Positions 1 to 12,406 of a stretch of DNA of 64,000 bases are shown here, piece by piece. The notes beneath the pieces were generated by a model that saw only the letters and a list, made by a program, of their open reading frames with translations, was not told where the DNA came from and searched no databases. Numbering within the stretch: position 1 is the first letter of the stretch; each line of letters opens with the position of its first letter. The position numbers were made by a program, and so were the translations under genes. This DNA comes from Curvularia clavata (lineage: Eukaryota), in contig CP089276.1 of assembly GCA_023920165.1 (NCBI GenBank), positions 3,224,001 to 3,288,000 on the forward strand, given 5' to 3'.

Positions 1-1581
1 TGTAGTTCAAAAAAAGTAGTATCTGGATGACTTGTCGCAAATCGGAAACAATACCAACGAGTCTTTGGGGCGGCGTCAGTAGTCTGCCGCGATTTCCGAA
101 GAGACGAAGCCGAAACAATATAGACGTTTGTATATGTCCAATGAACCAACGCGTGCGTTGCTTGATATGAGCGACGAAGGAATCTGGAACCGAGCCATAC
201 TGAACAGGGAGTTCGACAAATCGTGTTTTCCACCCAGCTCCTAGAAGTGTGGCGGAGCAGCATACATCTTCCGACAGTGACTCGACAGGAAAGCCCCCGA
301 TGCTTTCGATTGCAGCGCGTCGCACAACATACCCAGAGCCCAAGCAGTCACCATGACCAAGGGCATCGTTAACAAGCTCGATAGTTCCAGCAAAATGATC
401 CATGGATTGGGTCAACGGATCATTATTGGGTATGTCGTAAAAGGTTTGTGGGGGACATGCCAATGAAACATCCGGGTCGTCTACTAGATGTGGCATCATA
501 GTCCTCAGCCAATGGGGTTCAGGGATCATGTCTGCGTCCAGCCCGGCTACAAACTCTGAAGGTGCACATCGAGGAGTCAAATTTGTGGGTGGCGACGGAA
601 AATTAAAAGCAGGTGGCGAGGCTAGAGTCTGACAGCTGGTTTCTGAAGATAGTTCGTAGTAATGGACCTGGCTTGGCTGTCGCAGGGTTTGTGTATCAGC
701 CTTCTCCCAGATGAACTCTTCCTCTGCTGACGGGTTGCTACTAATATCAGGTCTCCTTGCTTGTAGGTTGACGTTATAGCTTGAAGTGATTGGCAAATGG
801 CGAGAGTAGTGGAGGGCATGGTTTAGATTGCCTGCCTTGTCTAGAAGAGGGAAAAAGTTAGATGCACCTCACGCAATTTAATTGCGTTCGAGAAAGGGAC
901 AACAGAGTAGTTTTGTTATTAACTCACAGTCTTTGATAAGAGGATCTTTGATACGGGAAACGTAGTAGACGTTAGGATAAGCCTGGTGGAGGTTTTCCAC
1001 GGCATTCTTTACCTCTGCGGACGCGCCATCATCGCATACAAAAACACGAAACCTATCTCTTGGGTAGTCTAGCGCGCAAGCAGCCCGAGTAGTGTCCATG
1101 ATGACGTCGATATCCTCTCGGCAGCAAGTGATGAGAACGTCGACATTTGGAACATCATCTCCCATGAGTGCAGGCTTCGTTCTATCTGGCAAGCGAAATG
1201 CCATAACACGAAGAACATATGGCAATACATCCGGGACTATACAAGCTGATGATTAGGGATTTGAGAAAGAGAAGATAGTGGGTCAAACTCACACAAAGCC
1301 AGCAGCTCTCCAGCGAAGAAAATCCAAGCCAGCACAAGAGTGTGGGGCTTCTGAGCTTGAGCAACAGGCTTTCCTAACCTGATAGCAACTTGCGCAGAAA
1401 GGAGACATTTAAAACGATAGCCAATGTAAAACCCGAGAGATATGATAGTGCATAATGCACTGGAAGGAACGAATAGCCATACCGCCTGTCGCGTTCGTAT
1501 GCGCTCCATGACGACTGTAAAGATCCGAATGGCAAGATATATGCGAATCAACTGTTCATCACTGTTACTTATAAGAGACAT
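1..1581 (-). CDS. Glycosyltransferase family 2, cellulose-synthase-like membrane protein; 3' end runs off the window. Introns ~1237-1292 and 841-927
   Basis: The spliced translation gives DVLITCCRED..VCDDG..KDYKAGNLN..LDADMIP..PPQTF..SLSED..KQRTRW, the D,D,D,QxxRW processive GT2 signature. Introns have GTGAG donors and TAG acceptors. Start is ATG 1581 or ~1509. Confidence 0.88.
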
Positions 1582-2310
1582 GGAGTCCGGGATGTTATGT
1601 TTTCGAGGCCCATCATAACAGATCTACAATGGCAATCTCCTGATTCCGATCTGCCATTTTGCCTCTCATAGGTGAATCCATCGTGTCCGCTCCAAATGCT
1701 AGGATTTAACAATCTCACCAAGCAGTCCCAACATCATCAACAAGTGGCTTCAACAATCTCAACGAGCAGCCTCAACTTCACATTAGTAGCTATCGTAAAC
1801 CTGAGTTATCTGAGAACATCCTCCCTGTGAACCGTATTGATGCTGCCTCGCGCATTATTTTTATTATTCACGACCAGCCACTATATCAACTTTTTGCTCA
1901 TTCTGCCATTCTTAGGTTGAAGAGCAAGCCTTTTCGCCGGCAGGAGGAGTACCGAATGGACAGTGCTTTGGAAAAGGAAACGACATCCCACAAACCTATG
2001 CTTTTTCTGAAATTTGAGCCCGGATGGCGATGAGATGTGTAGATTGAGGTTTCAATCGTGGCGCGACTAAGCTTGCAAGGTGGACTATAGGAGATGTGTA
2101 TAGCGCGCGCTAGCGAGAAAGTGGTTAATAAAGGTGTTGTTGATCTACATATCAAGCTATTTGGAATGATTCCAGATAAGAAAAAACAAAGATAAAGGCG
2201 GTACCAGCACGGCGGCTGAAGTTTGATTAGAACAGAAACAGCAACTGCATGGTGAAGAAGGGTCAAATCCATTGTCCTCTGTAAATGCTAAAGTGAATAC
2301 CAGAGCGCAA

Positions 2311-3753
2311 TTAGGCCGAAGAATCACTTTTCCTCCTCTTCGTTGCTTTTTCCTCATCATCATCCATCACAATCCCTTCTCCAACCTCGTCCTCCGCTCT
2401 CTTCCTCTTCTCTTCCCTTGTAATCTCCTCCCCAGCAGACTTCTCCGTAACAAACAACGTACTCGCCGTCTCCCTAACCTCACTGCTACTCTCCTGCACT
2501 TCCTCCTCCTCATCATCATCCCCAGCCACCCCTAAATCAACTGTATTCCTATCCGGATCCTCCAGCGCGGCCTGAATCTTCTCCAGCCCCATGTCGTCCC
2601 CCTCCACCGTCTCACTAATCTCCGGATCCACCCACCCCTCCGTATAACTGCCTCCGAAATCAATGATCCAGAGTTCAGAATCTGCATCGACCATGAAGTT
2701 GTCGGCTTTGGCGTCACCCCACACAATGCCGTTGTCATGAAGTACTTGAATGTAGCGTTCGCTTTTCTGGCTCCATTCTGCGCGCGCATCCGCGTCGACG
2801 CTGGAGCGCAGGAGCTTGGTTAGTGGGGTTGGGTATCGGATATTCTGGAGCAGCATGCCCATAGCTTCGGTCTTGCTGGTGCCGTAAGATACGAAGCCAA
2901 GGAGATGTGGGAACTTGATGTCAACGTTTAGCTTTTCTAGCTTTCGTAGAATGTTGATTTCGCGTTTGACAGAGTCGGGTTGCTCGGGTACAACGGGTTT
3001 GAAGAAGTATATGTCGCCTGTGGCTTTGTGAATGACTTGGCCTGGGTGCGCGGGCGGAGGCATGCTGACTTCGGATTGGACGATCAGGTCGTCAGCGTTG
3101 AGCCAGGGTAACTTGTAGTTTTGGATGTACTTTGGCATCTTCATGCGTGGAACCAGGGCCTCGATCTTTTGCTCCAACTCTGATGTGCTCTCCAGGAGTT
3201 TAGGGGATAGCTCTCCGTTGGCGATTTGTAGGGTGTAAAAGTACGTAGGGCCGTGATACCATTCGTACAACGTAGATTCTTCTGGTTCGCGATTTGGTGG
3301 TGCTGAGGCAGCCGTAATGTCGGCCATTGATGCTAATATCCAGTTTCGCAGTTCCAAGCCAGCACTGGCAGAATCTTGATCTTGATCTTCTCCCACCTCC
3401 TCCTCTACGAATTCGTCATCTTCGTCATCCACCGTGACGTCGATACCGCTATCTTTGCCATCCGAACCCTCTGAGCCCTCTCTGTTGTTGCCCTTAGTCT
3501 TTTTCTTGACTTGAGGCACTTTAGACTGTTGTTCTTCCGCTCGCTCTTCTTCCATTTCTTCCGCTTCACGAAGAGCTGATATTTTGTCAAGGTATTCATA
3601 ATACAAAGGCTTTTCGTGAGACTTCTGAAGTTCCTTAGGGTCGACGGTGATATGAAAGCGGACATCATTAATAAGAGTGGTTAGAGCGCAACCATCATCT
3701 TCGTCGTAAGCAAAGTGTAGAGTATGGGCCTTTGTATTCGCAGTTTGCGCCAT
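2311..3753 (-). CDS. Protein kinase-like fold protein (480 aa, intronless) with acidic N- and C-terminal regions
   Basis: YFFKP..VKREINIL..LHDNGIVWGDAKADNFMV..WIIDFGG resembles the kinase VAIK, alphaC, catalytic loop and DFG motifs. Confidence 0.8.
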   Translation of the reverse strand: MAQTANTKAHTLHFAYDEDDGCALTTLINDVRFHITVDPKELQKSHEKPLYYEYLDKISALREAEEMEEERAEEQQSKVPQVKKKTKGNNREGSEGSDGKDSGIDVTVDDEDDEFVEEEVGEDQDQDSASAGLELRNWILASMADITAASAPPNREPEESTLYEWYHGPTYFYTLQIANGELSPKLLESTSELEQKIEALVPRMKMPKYIQNYKLPWLNADDLIVQSEVSMPPPAHPGQVIHKATGDIYFFKPVVPEQPDSVKREINILRKLEKLNVDIKFPHLLGFVSYGTSKTEAMGMLLQNIRYPTPLTKLLRSSVDADARAEWSQKSERYIQVLHDNGIVWGDAKADNFMVDADSELWIIDFGGSYTEGWVDPEISETVEGDDMGLEKIQAALEDPDRNTVDLGVAGDDDEEEEVQESSSEVRETASTLFVTEKSAGEEITREEKRKRAEDEVGEGIVMDDDEEKATKRRKSDSSA

Positions 3754-4747
3754 TGCGTAAGACTAAGCAGCAGTTTGAGGATTTGAAGTGGCTATGAATA
3801 GAATTGGTTTGCCCACCTAAATGGATAGGCCCAGATACATGTACACTGCAACCTCCTATCAATCCATAAAGGCATGCCCTTACATCATCGCCGCTCTGAA
3901 CCACCAACCTCATCGTATTTTCCAAATCGGAATGACGCACCATCATGGCTTTTTCTGACTCCTGCATAAGCATCATAGACATCGCACTAATCTCAGGTAC
4001 GATCGGTAGAGTGGCAAACAGCAAAGTCTGGAATGAACGTGAGTGGTTGGCTAGGCTTAGTGCATCCTAATATTCAATCTTAGCCCTGTCGATCTGAAAC
4101 TGTGTGATATTGAAAAGGCTGGGTGAGAAGAAAGGGGATTGGTATGACGCGGTAACACGCTCACGCGCAATCAGATGTCGTGACGTCAACCACTACAATC
4201 AGTCTAGAACATTGCCATCTCTGCAACAAGGACTCTATGGAGCATGATAAATGTGCCCGTTTCTTTTTGTGTTCAATGTCAAGTCACCGGTACATTGTTG
4301 GGAGGGAGCAATTGAAGAAAAAGTGGATGGGGCCCAATTGAGCAACCCTAAAACGTGGTTCGCATTCGTAGGAGGCGTTTGTCTGTCATAGCGACTCGTC
4401 GCCGGCAGACATCCAGCACTCATTGACGCGTTCAAACATCAAACGTCCTAACCGTATGCGCCTTGATAAATACAAAAAACCAAACATGCCAGACAAAGGA
4501 GCGTAAACCTACACCCTGCGGCCCCTAGAAATACCATAACAAGAAGCGAAAACATGTTTCTTTCGTACAAAAAAATAAATGCTCTTGACTTTGCCAAGAT
4601 CCTGAGAGCCCGCCCAATATGAAGTCGAAAGCAATGCGTCGGAACATCTCCCAGAGATTATGCGAACGCCAAATCATTATACGTTCGTAATACCCCAAAC
4701 AATATCGTACAACCTCGCGCAAATGTCTTGAAGTTGACAAGACTGCT

Positions 4748-6769
4748 TTATACACTGAAGTCCAAAAGATCGTACGCAGACGAGTCTAGGGAAGTAAAGT
4801 CACTCATTGCCTTCATCTCGAGATCAAACTGAGAGTAGGAAGTGTCGGGCATCGTGTCGAAGAGGTCGTCCAGGTTGTCCTTGGACTCGATCGGTGATGT
4901 CGGTGGTGTTGTGAACTGGTTTGATTGAACCGACGACCGGGACGGTGACGATGTTGCCTTCAGAGGACTGGGCTGAGCTGGTGCATGAGTTTCGCTGGGA
5001 GATCCAGCAGAATACGGACGCACTTCAGCGGGCGACATTGGGGGTGTGTGGGAGTGCTGAGAGAGTTGTTGGAGGATGTTCATAGACGCTGAATCGCTAG
5101 TGTATGCGGTCGAGGCAAAGCTTGACTGCACAAGACTAGCATCTTCAGTGTAAGAGCTTGATGAGGCTCCAAAGCTAAAGCATCTGTTAGAATCTAACGA
5201 TAGCCAGGATGGCACGGGAACTGACCTGAAAGGATCTACGGAAGAGTTCATTGAATCGTTGAAGCTCTGTGAGTCCGAAAGCAGCTGGGGGAGATCTTGA
5301 GATTGGGCCGGCTCGTAGCCAACTAGCGGTGAGGGAGACCGAGTGTTTGAGTCAGGAGATCCAGCTGAGGATGAAGGTGCCGACACCAGAGCACGTCGCG
5401 TTCTGTTGGCCTTGTCGACGCGCTGCTCCATGTCTGGGCGGTTCTTCTTTGGTCGGCCACGCTTGGCTTGTCGACGGACAGCATCAGGGAATCCGCCAAC
5501 ACACATGCCTCGTTGACGATGGCGCGTAAGGGCATCTTGTCGCGCAAAGCCTGCACCGCACGGGCACTTGTAGGGCTTGTTACCCGAGTGGATCTTTGCG
5601 TGGCGCTTCAGGTCATGCTGTCGAACGAAACACTTGCCGCATCCGTTGCACTTGTACTGACGGTCACCCAAATGGGTTTGAATATGCGATCGAATGTTTT
5701 CCCTTCGTCCAAAGATCTTGCCACAGCCTTGATATAGGCAAGTCCACTTGCCAGTCGTCGCATCTTGCTCGCTAATGTATTGTTGGACTTCTTCTGGTGC
5801 GATACCAGTGAACTCAAGGCTAGCGTCCACATCAAGATCATTGAAGATCTGAGGTTGTGTGAACGGTTCCATGGGTGCCTGCATGCTTTCCATCGAAATC
5901 GAGCTCTGGGGCGTAGGCAACAGTCCGGGTGGTTGGGAGAAGACCATCTCTTGATTCTCTTCGATGTTCTCCAAGAAGACTTGGGCAGAGTTTTGGCGCG
6001 GCGAGGACACGGGAGACGGCGACAAGGCGTCAGATGTGTAGTAGGAGGACGAGTCGTAACCAAGGTCGACCTCAGGGTTCTCAAAGTCAAAGGTCATTGC
6101 TTTTGAATTAGGCTCGAGGTTGATCTCGGTCATAGCATGGAAGCCCGAGGAGAGAGCATTTGTACCGAAAGATTCATGGCTCGGCAATTGTGCTGATTTT
6201 TGCGGAGTCGAAGTAGGTGTAGGAAGAATGTTGATGAAGACTTGTCCACATGAGCCATACACAGACTGGATGTGCTCGTGGAGTTCTTTCAGTTGCTGTT
6301 CAGTTGGGGGTTTAGAGGGGGATGAGGTAAGCTGCTTGGGAGATTGCACACGGTTCATCCTTTGTGGAGTCCGTGGTGTTGACGAGGTGATCTGTACTGG
6401 GGATGCCAAGAAGGTTTCCCGGGGGCCCGGCTGGGGCTGTCTGTGCGTCTGCGCTACTTGCATAGAATGCTGTGATGATTGTCCTAGATTGTTAGTATTA
6501 CTTACCGTACTATCCTCCTGCTGGAAGGATGGAGTGTCGAAAGGTCCTGGTTTTGGGGAATATTCCTGGTACTGGGCTTGTCGAACGGCATGGAGCGAGT
6601 CTAGGTTGAGACCACGTAGATCCAAGCTCATGCCGGTCCGGTTTGATCGCCGTACTTTAGCAGGTGATGGGCGTACTGTGGGCGCGTCGAAAACAGTGGG
6701 TGTCGAGTTTTGTCGTCGGTGCTGGATCCGTTGGCGCTGGATGCCGGCTGGCATGTTTGTGGACAGCAT
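4748..6769 (-). CDS. ACE2: C2H2 zinc-finger transcription factor, Ace2/Swi5 family (673 aa)
   Basis: Tandem fingers CLYQGC..HIQTH, CNGC..HAKIH and CPC..RHRQRGMC with FVRQHDLKRH and RQDAL; N-terminal HRRQNS motif; many S/T-P sites. Confidence 0.85.
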   Translation of the reverse strand: MLSTNMPAGIQRQRIQHRRQNSTPTVFDAPTVRPSPAKVRRSNRTGMSLDLRGLNLDSLHAVRQAQYQEYSPKPGPFDTPSFQQEDSTVSNTNNLGQSSQHSMQVAQTHRQPQPGPRETFLASPVQITSSTPRTPQRMNRVQSPKQLTSSPSKPPTEQQLKELHEHIQSVYGSCGQVFINILPTPTSTPQKSAQLPSHESFGTNALSSGFHAMTEINLEPNSKAMTFDFENPEVDLGYDSSSYYTSDALSPSPVSSPRQNSAQVFLENIEENQEMVFSQPPGLLPTPQSSISMESMQAPMEPFTQPQIFNDLDVDASLEFTGIAPEEVQQYISEQDATTGKWTCLYQGCGKIFGRRENIRSHIQTHLGDRQYKCNGCGKCFVRQHDLKRHAKIHSGNKPYKCPCGAGFARQDALTRHRQRGMCVGGFPDAVRRQAKRGRPKKNRPDMEQRVDKANRTRRALVSAPSSSAGSPDSNTRSPSPLVGYEPAQSQDLPQLLSDSQSFNDSMNSSVDPFRSVPVPSWLSLDSNRCFSFGASSSSYTEDASLVQSSFASTAYTSDSASMNILQQLSQHSHTPPMSPAEVRPYSAGSPSETHAPAQPSPLKATSSPSRSSVQSNQFTTPPTSPIESKDNLDDLFDTMPDTSYSQFDLEMKAMSDFTSLDSSAYDLLDFSV

Positions 6770-7460
6770 ATCTTATGCAGGTCGAGTCCGGAGTCGGTTC
6801 TCGAGGAGGGGGGAAGTCCTATGGGGTCCGAAACTGGCGAATTGTTAGTTGTCGTGTTACCTTCGCGTCTAGTTGCAGATGCAAGCTTGGAACGGAAACA
6901 ATGGACGTTGAATAAACATACCTCACGCAGTGCAAGCGGCGCTCCGCCGGGCGGTTGGTATCCTTATGGTATCCTCAGTACAGATGCAATCTCCCAGTAG
7001 CCTGCGTCAAGTAAGTATGGGGCCGAAGCCTGTAGCTAGAGATGCAGATGAAGATGTGTTTTAGTGTCAGTCGCTAAACAAAGCAATTGATACTAGAGAT
7101 GAAAGAAAATGCGGGTGCAGAAGATGGAGAGTAAAGTGGAGGAGGATAAAAGTAGCGCAGGCGGGAATAGCTGAGTATTACCGCATGAAGTCAGGGCACA
7201 ACAATCGCCGGCATAACCGTCACCCCAGCGACCGCTAGCCGCCCATGGCCGAAGCTGGCGCTAGCGCATCGATTGCGTCCGGGCACAATCACGTGCTTTT
7301 GATCCGCACAACGCACAGACTCTTGCTGTGACCCGCCACGCTCGCTTACGCGATCCACACGAATTTCATCCTCCAGGTACTTGTCTTCGGACTTTTTCTT
7401 TTCACAACCTTTCTGCATCACGCTGAGGAAAGCAATCACGACACGATTGCTTAGGCCGCC

Positions 7461-8032
<572 letters not shown>

Positions 8033-8836
8033 GCGCGCCACCATCGGGGTACGCGATACGATCGATAACGAGTTACGGCATCAAGGCATATGTGGGAGGA
8101 GTTGAATAGACTTCACCACCATGTTGGACGTGTAGAACCAATCAAACAAAAAACTTGTCATGGGCTGGACCATCATGGATTTTGATTAAATGTGATGCTG
8201 AAGTTGCCCTGCCCGTACTAACTGACGTCAGCCGATCTGTTCGCTAATGTTCTTGCCCGTGCTCGCCGCCATTCAGCCCGTATCGGCAGCGCTTGGACCG
8301 CATCAACTGGCTTGTTAGACCATGGGAATTAAGCGGAGACGTTGCTGGCTGTTGCCATGGTGCCTTCGGAGCTGAAGACCTGTTCTGGGCCACGGTCCCG
8401 TGATTTCGTGTTCCGACCTTGTCTTTCACATCACTACGGAGTACTCCGTAGTCTTCAATTTGCTGACACAGAATAAAAAAGCTCCCAACCGGTTTGCATA
8501 AACATGTCCGTATTTTCATATGGGACAGTGAGGGGGAATGTGAAACACATGAATAGGACGATAACGGAAAAACTAAGGCGCAACACATGCTGCACTCGGT
8601 GCGCCACATGATGCCAATTGAAAGCATGAAACCGTCCACTAATGAGTTATTTTTATCCTCTCATCTGCATCGCACGTTTTGAGTGAAGTTGGAATATTTT
8701 GATATTTAAACATGAGTGGAAAGCTACGCATTTGTACGCTTGCACCTCGCTTTTCTCCCCGCAGGGTATTTGTACATGGCTATGGTCTGCAAGAGGGAGT
8801 TTGCTCCAATTATCCTTCTCTCGTATCATCATCTCT

Positions 8837-9917
8837 TTACTTCCTGTTCGCGCGCTGCTCCTTGTCCGCATTACTCTGGCTGATGTCCAGACCCAGGCCC
8901 TTGCTGTCAAGGTAGATCTTGTTGTTGCTCTGCTGCAGGATGCTGGCGATGCTCCTTGCATTCTCAAACTCCCTCAGGTCAATGTAACTCCTGCTCTTCT
9001 TGATGGCGTCACCAATCAGCTCGGCAGAACGGGCCTCACCCTGGGCGCGGACGACGGTAGCCTGCTTCTCTTGGCGGGCCTTATCAACAACGAAAGCTGC
9101 GCGCTGAGCTTCTTGCTGAGCGACTTGCTTGGCTTCTACTGCGGCTGTGAACTCAGGAGAGAAGGCGAGGTGCTGGGATTGGGTTAGTTGGTGGTGGGGT
9201 AGAAGGGGAAGGTCATTTGACAAGGGTTACTCACTGTCAGAGAAACGTCATCCAGCATGATGTTGAAGCGCGCAGCTCTCCTGACCAAGTTGTCTCGAAC
9301 TAGCCTGCTAACGTTCTCACGCTGTGTGATAAGTTGGCTGGCGTTGAACTGCGCCACCACACTCTTCAAGACCTCGTTGACAATTGACGGCAGTACCCTC
9401 TCATCATAATCTGTGCCCAGTGTCCGGTAAATCTGAGGTAGCGCCTCAACCCGCGGCCTTGACAGTACACGGCAAGTTATGTTAACCATCTGCAAGTCCT
9501 TGGTGCCGGTAAGAGAAGCGACGTTTCGTGGCTTGGCGCGCACATCGTAGGTAATGGGAGTCTCGAACCAGGGAATGCGGAAATGGGTTCCTTCACTGTA
9601 GATTTCCTTCTGCACGCCACCAATTCGGGTGTACTTGATTGCTCGGTGGCCACCATCGACTGTTGCGGGTCAGCATTACATGGTTATGCAACATGGGACG
9701 GAAAGTATCCGGAGATGCCATTCGCAAAGAAACACATACCGTTGAACAGCGCATTGTTCGCCATCCAGATTCCACCGCCGACAATCAGCAGTCCGCCGAT
9801 GCCTCCAAACACACCTTTCGGGGGTCCGCCGCCGCCGGCCCCTCCAAAGCGGGCGCTTCGTCGTGTCAGCTCATTTTGGATTCGTGACCATGCTTCCTTT
9901 GGATCGGGGGCAGCCAT
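8837..9917 (-). CDS. PHB2: Prohibitin 2 (SPFH domain), two introns
   Basis: [64 protein letters not shown]-terminal TM helix. Confidence 0.95.
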
Positions 9918-10655
9918 GGCGGTTGGATGAGAGTGAAGCGGGGAGGGTGGGGTGTGTGAGACTTGAAGGCGGCGACAAGCGGGTGAGCTCGGTGATGAGG
10001 TAGACGACGATGGAGAAAATGGTCGTCGGCGAATCACAACCCCCGACACCCAGGCACGCGCCAAGCCTGCCCTCCGCATAGTGACATGTCTCGTAATCCG
10101 TCACACGCCGCGACTGGGTTATACTCTTTCTGTTTGTTTTCACCGCCGCGTCTCCGTTGTCTTTAGACACCTTGAAACATTCCCATTAGTTTCTGGTTTG
10201 GAGCCGAATATCCTCACGTTCTCTCCGTCTCATCTTGAGAGGGGCTTGCCATGGCTGTCGCATCGTGTTAGCGCAGGGACCACCCAATCAATGTGAATTG
10301 GGGTAACTTTAAAGCACAGCTGTCCATAAGCTCCCACACCCATTCTCAAGTTTCCTATCTGCCCATCTGGTGGCACTTGTTCGTTTCTTGTACATTGCTG
10401 TCGTTTTGTGATACCCACTTGCTCTTTGTTTCTTTCCATCCAAAGCAATCCATCCATCCTGCTGCTTGTGTAGAGCTGGGGACGTAGGCCGAACCGTTTG
10501 CGCAGACGACCACGACGTATGTTTGATTTGGACAAAAGGGCTTGCTTGCATATGTCAACTGACTCAAGACCATCAGGTCAGGTGCTCGTCCTGCTATACA
10601 CAATCACCAGTTCGAAGCAGTATCAGTCCGCACTGAGCTGTTGCGCCTCTTCACC

Positions 10656-12117
10656 ATGTACATCACATCGCAATCGCTGCGCACCATTGCCTGGTCCGCC
10701 TTTGCTGTCTACACGGTACACGCCGACCACATAATAGAAAACCTCAGTTTCGGCTACAAAGCGAAGGAGCCAATCACCCATGATTACATCACAATCCCTC
10801 ACTTCGTCGTTCAGGGCACAGATGACTACACTCCCCAAATCCTCTCGGATCGCATAATTCTTACACCTCCATATCCTGGCAGCAAGCGCGGTTCAGTATG
10901 GGCACAGGATCCGCTGCACCACAAGGGCGACTGGACGGCGGAGCTGGACTTCAGGGCAACGGGAATGGAACGTGGAGGTGGTAACCTGCAGTTTTGGTAT
11001 GTGAAGGACTCACAGGCGCACGAGACGCCTGCAAGCTTGTATACTGCGCCCAACTTTGACGGACTGGTGTTACTCATAGACCAGTATGAAGGACATGGAG
11101 GATCTATCCGTGGTTTTCTCAATGATGGAACAAAGAACATCAAGTCCCATCCTGATCCAGACACACTAGCCTTTGGCAAATGTGACTATGCATACAGGAA
11201 CCGTGGAGAGCTCACGCCCATCAAGCTGCACCATACAGAACAATACTTGGAAGTCATTGTTGACGGGGAGCTCTGTTTCAAGACAGACAAGGTACGCTTG
11301 GCTTGGCCGTGGTCTTCGATGACTCAACATACTAACCATCACTGTAGGTTGCACTCCCTGAAGGCTACTACTTCGGTGTCAGCGCCTCTTCCGCCGAGAA
11401 CCCCGACTCATTCGAAGTGCACAAGTTTGTCGTATCCACCATAAACACGCACCTTCGCGAGCCACCCAACCCGAATAAGAAGGACTACGTAAACTCGCAG
11501 AGGCAAAACCAGCAACAAAACCTGCAGTACTCGGGCTCGTCTTCGTTCCAAGATGGAATAAAAGATGCATCTCCAGACAGCTTCCGCACTCAACAAGAAC
11601 AATTCGCTGATCTGCACAACCGCATCCAACTGGTCGATCACCACATTGCAACCCTCACAAATCGTCTTAATGAGCTTCGCGAGCTTCGTAGCGTTGTCGA
11701 TTCAATGAAAGAGGATAACAATGAGCGCTGGAACCGACTCATGGAGCGCATCGTCTCCATCGATGACCGCAGTGCAGGTACTATGCGCAATGTTGAAAAG
11801 GTGGAGCGTGCTACGGCGCAGACATTGCGAGATTTGGAGTCCAAGGATTTCAAGGACATGATGAACCAGATCCACAATGCTCTGGACAGGAACCATTACA
11901 GCGTCACCAAGATGCTGCCTGACGTCATGGGAGATGGTGAGTTTGCTGTTTTCTCGTTCAAACACAACTAATGCTAACTTGTGGGACAGTCATTGTCAGC
12001 CGTGGACCTAGCCTTACCACATTCTTGTTCATGGCTGTTGCGGTACAACTGACAATCACTGGTGGGTACATGCTGTACAAGAAGAGGAGGGACGCTGCGC
12101 CCAAGAAGTACTTGTAA
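10656..12117 (+). CDS. L-type (legume-like) lectin cargo receptor, Emp46/47/ERGIC-53 family; introns ~11292-11347 and ~11937-11988
   Basis: Signal peptide, lectin domain (ILTPP..GSVWA..GNLQFWY..FDGL..FLNDG), coiled coil, C-terminal TM helix and KKYL* dilysine ER-retrieval motif. Confidence 0.88.
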
Positions 12118-12406
12118 ATCGGCATCCTTGTTAGGTGATTCTCACGCGATGCATCGGACAAGGCGTACAGCAGGCATGGTTATATGGACTTGATTGACAG
12201 TCGATTTGTATGATGTACTGAATGCAGAGGAAACGGAACGAAACATGATCCAAACCCCCCTTGTCCTTTGCCCATGAATGTTGGAATGCCGAAATGCTAG
12301 ATCTGTACCCCTCTCCCTTGAACGCCATCTATGCAGCTTGAAAATAAAAATTCGTCTCTTTCACCCATGTCCCCATACGACGCCCAATCCCCATGCAACG
12401 TTGCGA

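Noticed and set aside
1..930. GT2 gene as a pseudogene, because the ORF track shows only fragments
   Set aside because: After splicing, the frame is open from 840 to the window edge with all catalytic motifs intact.
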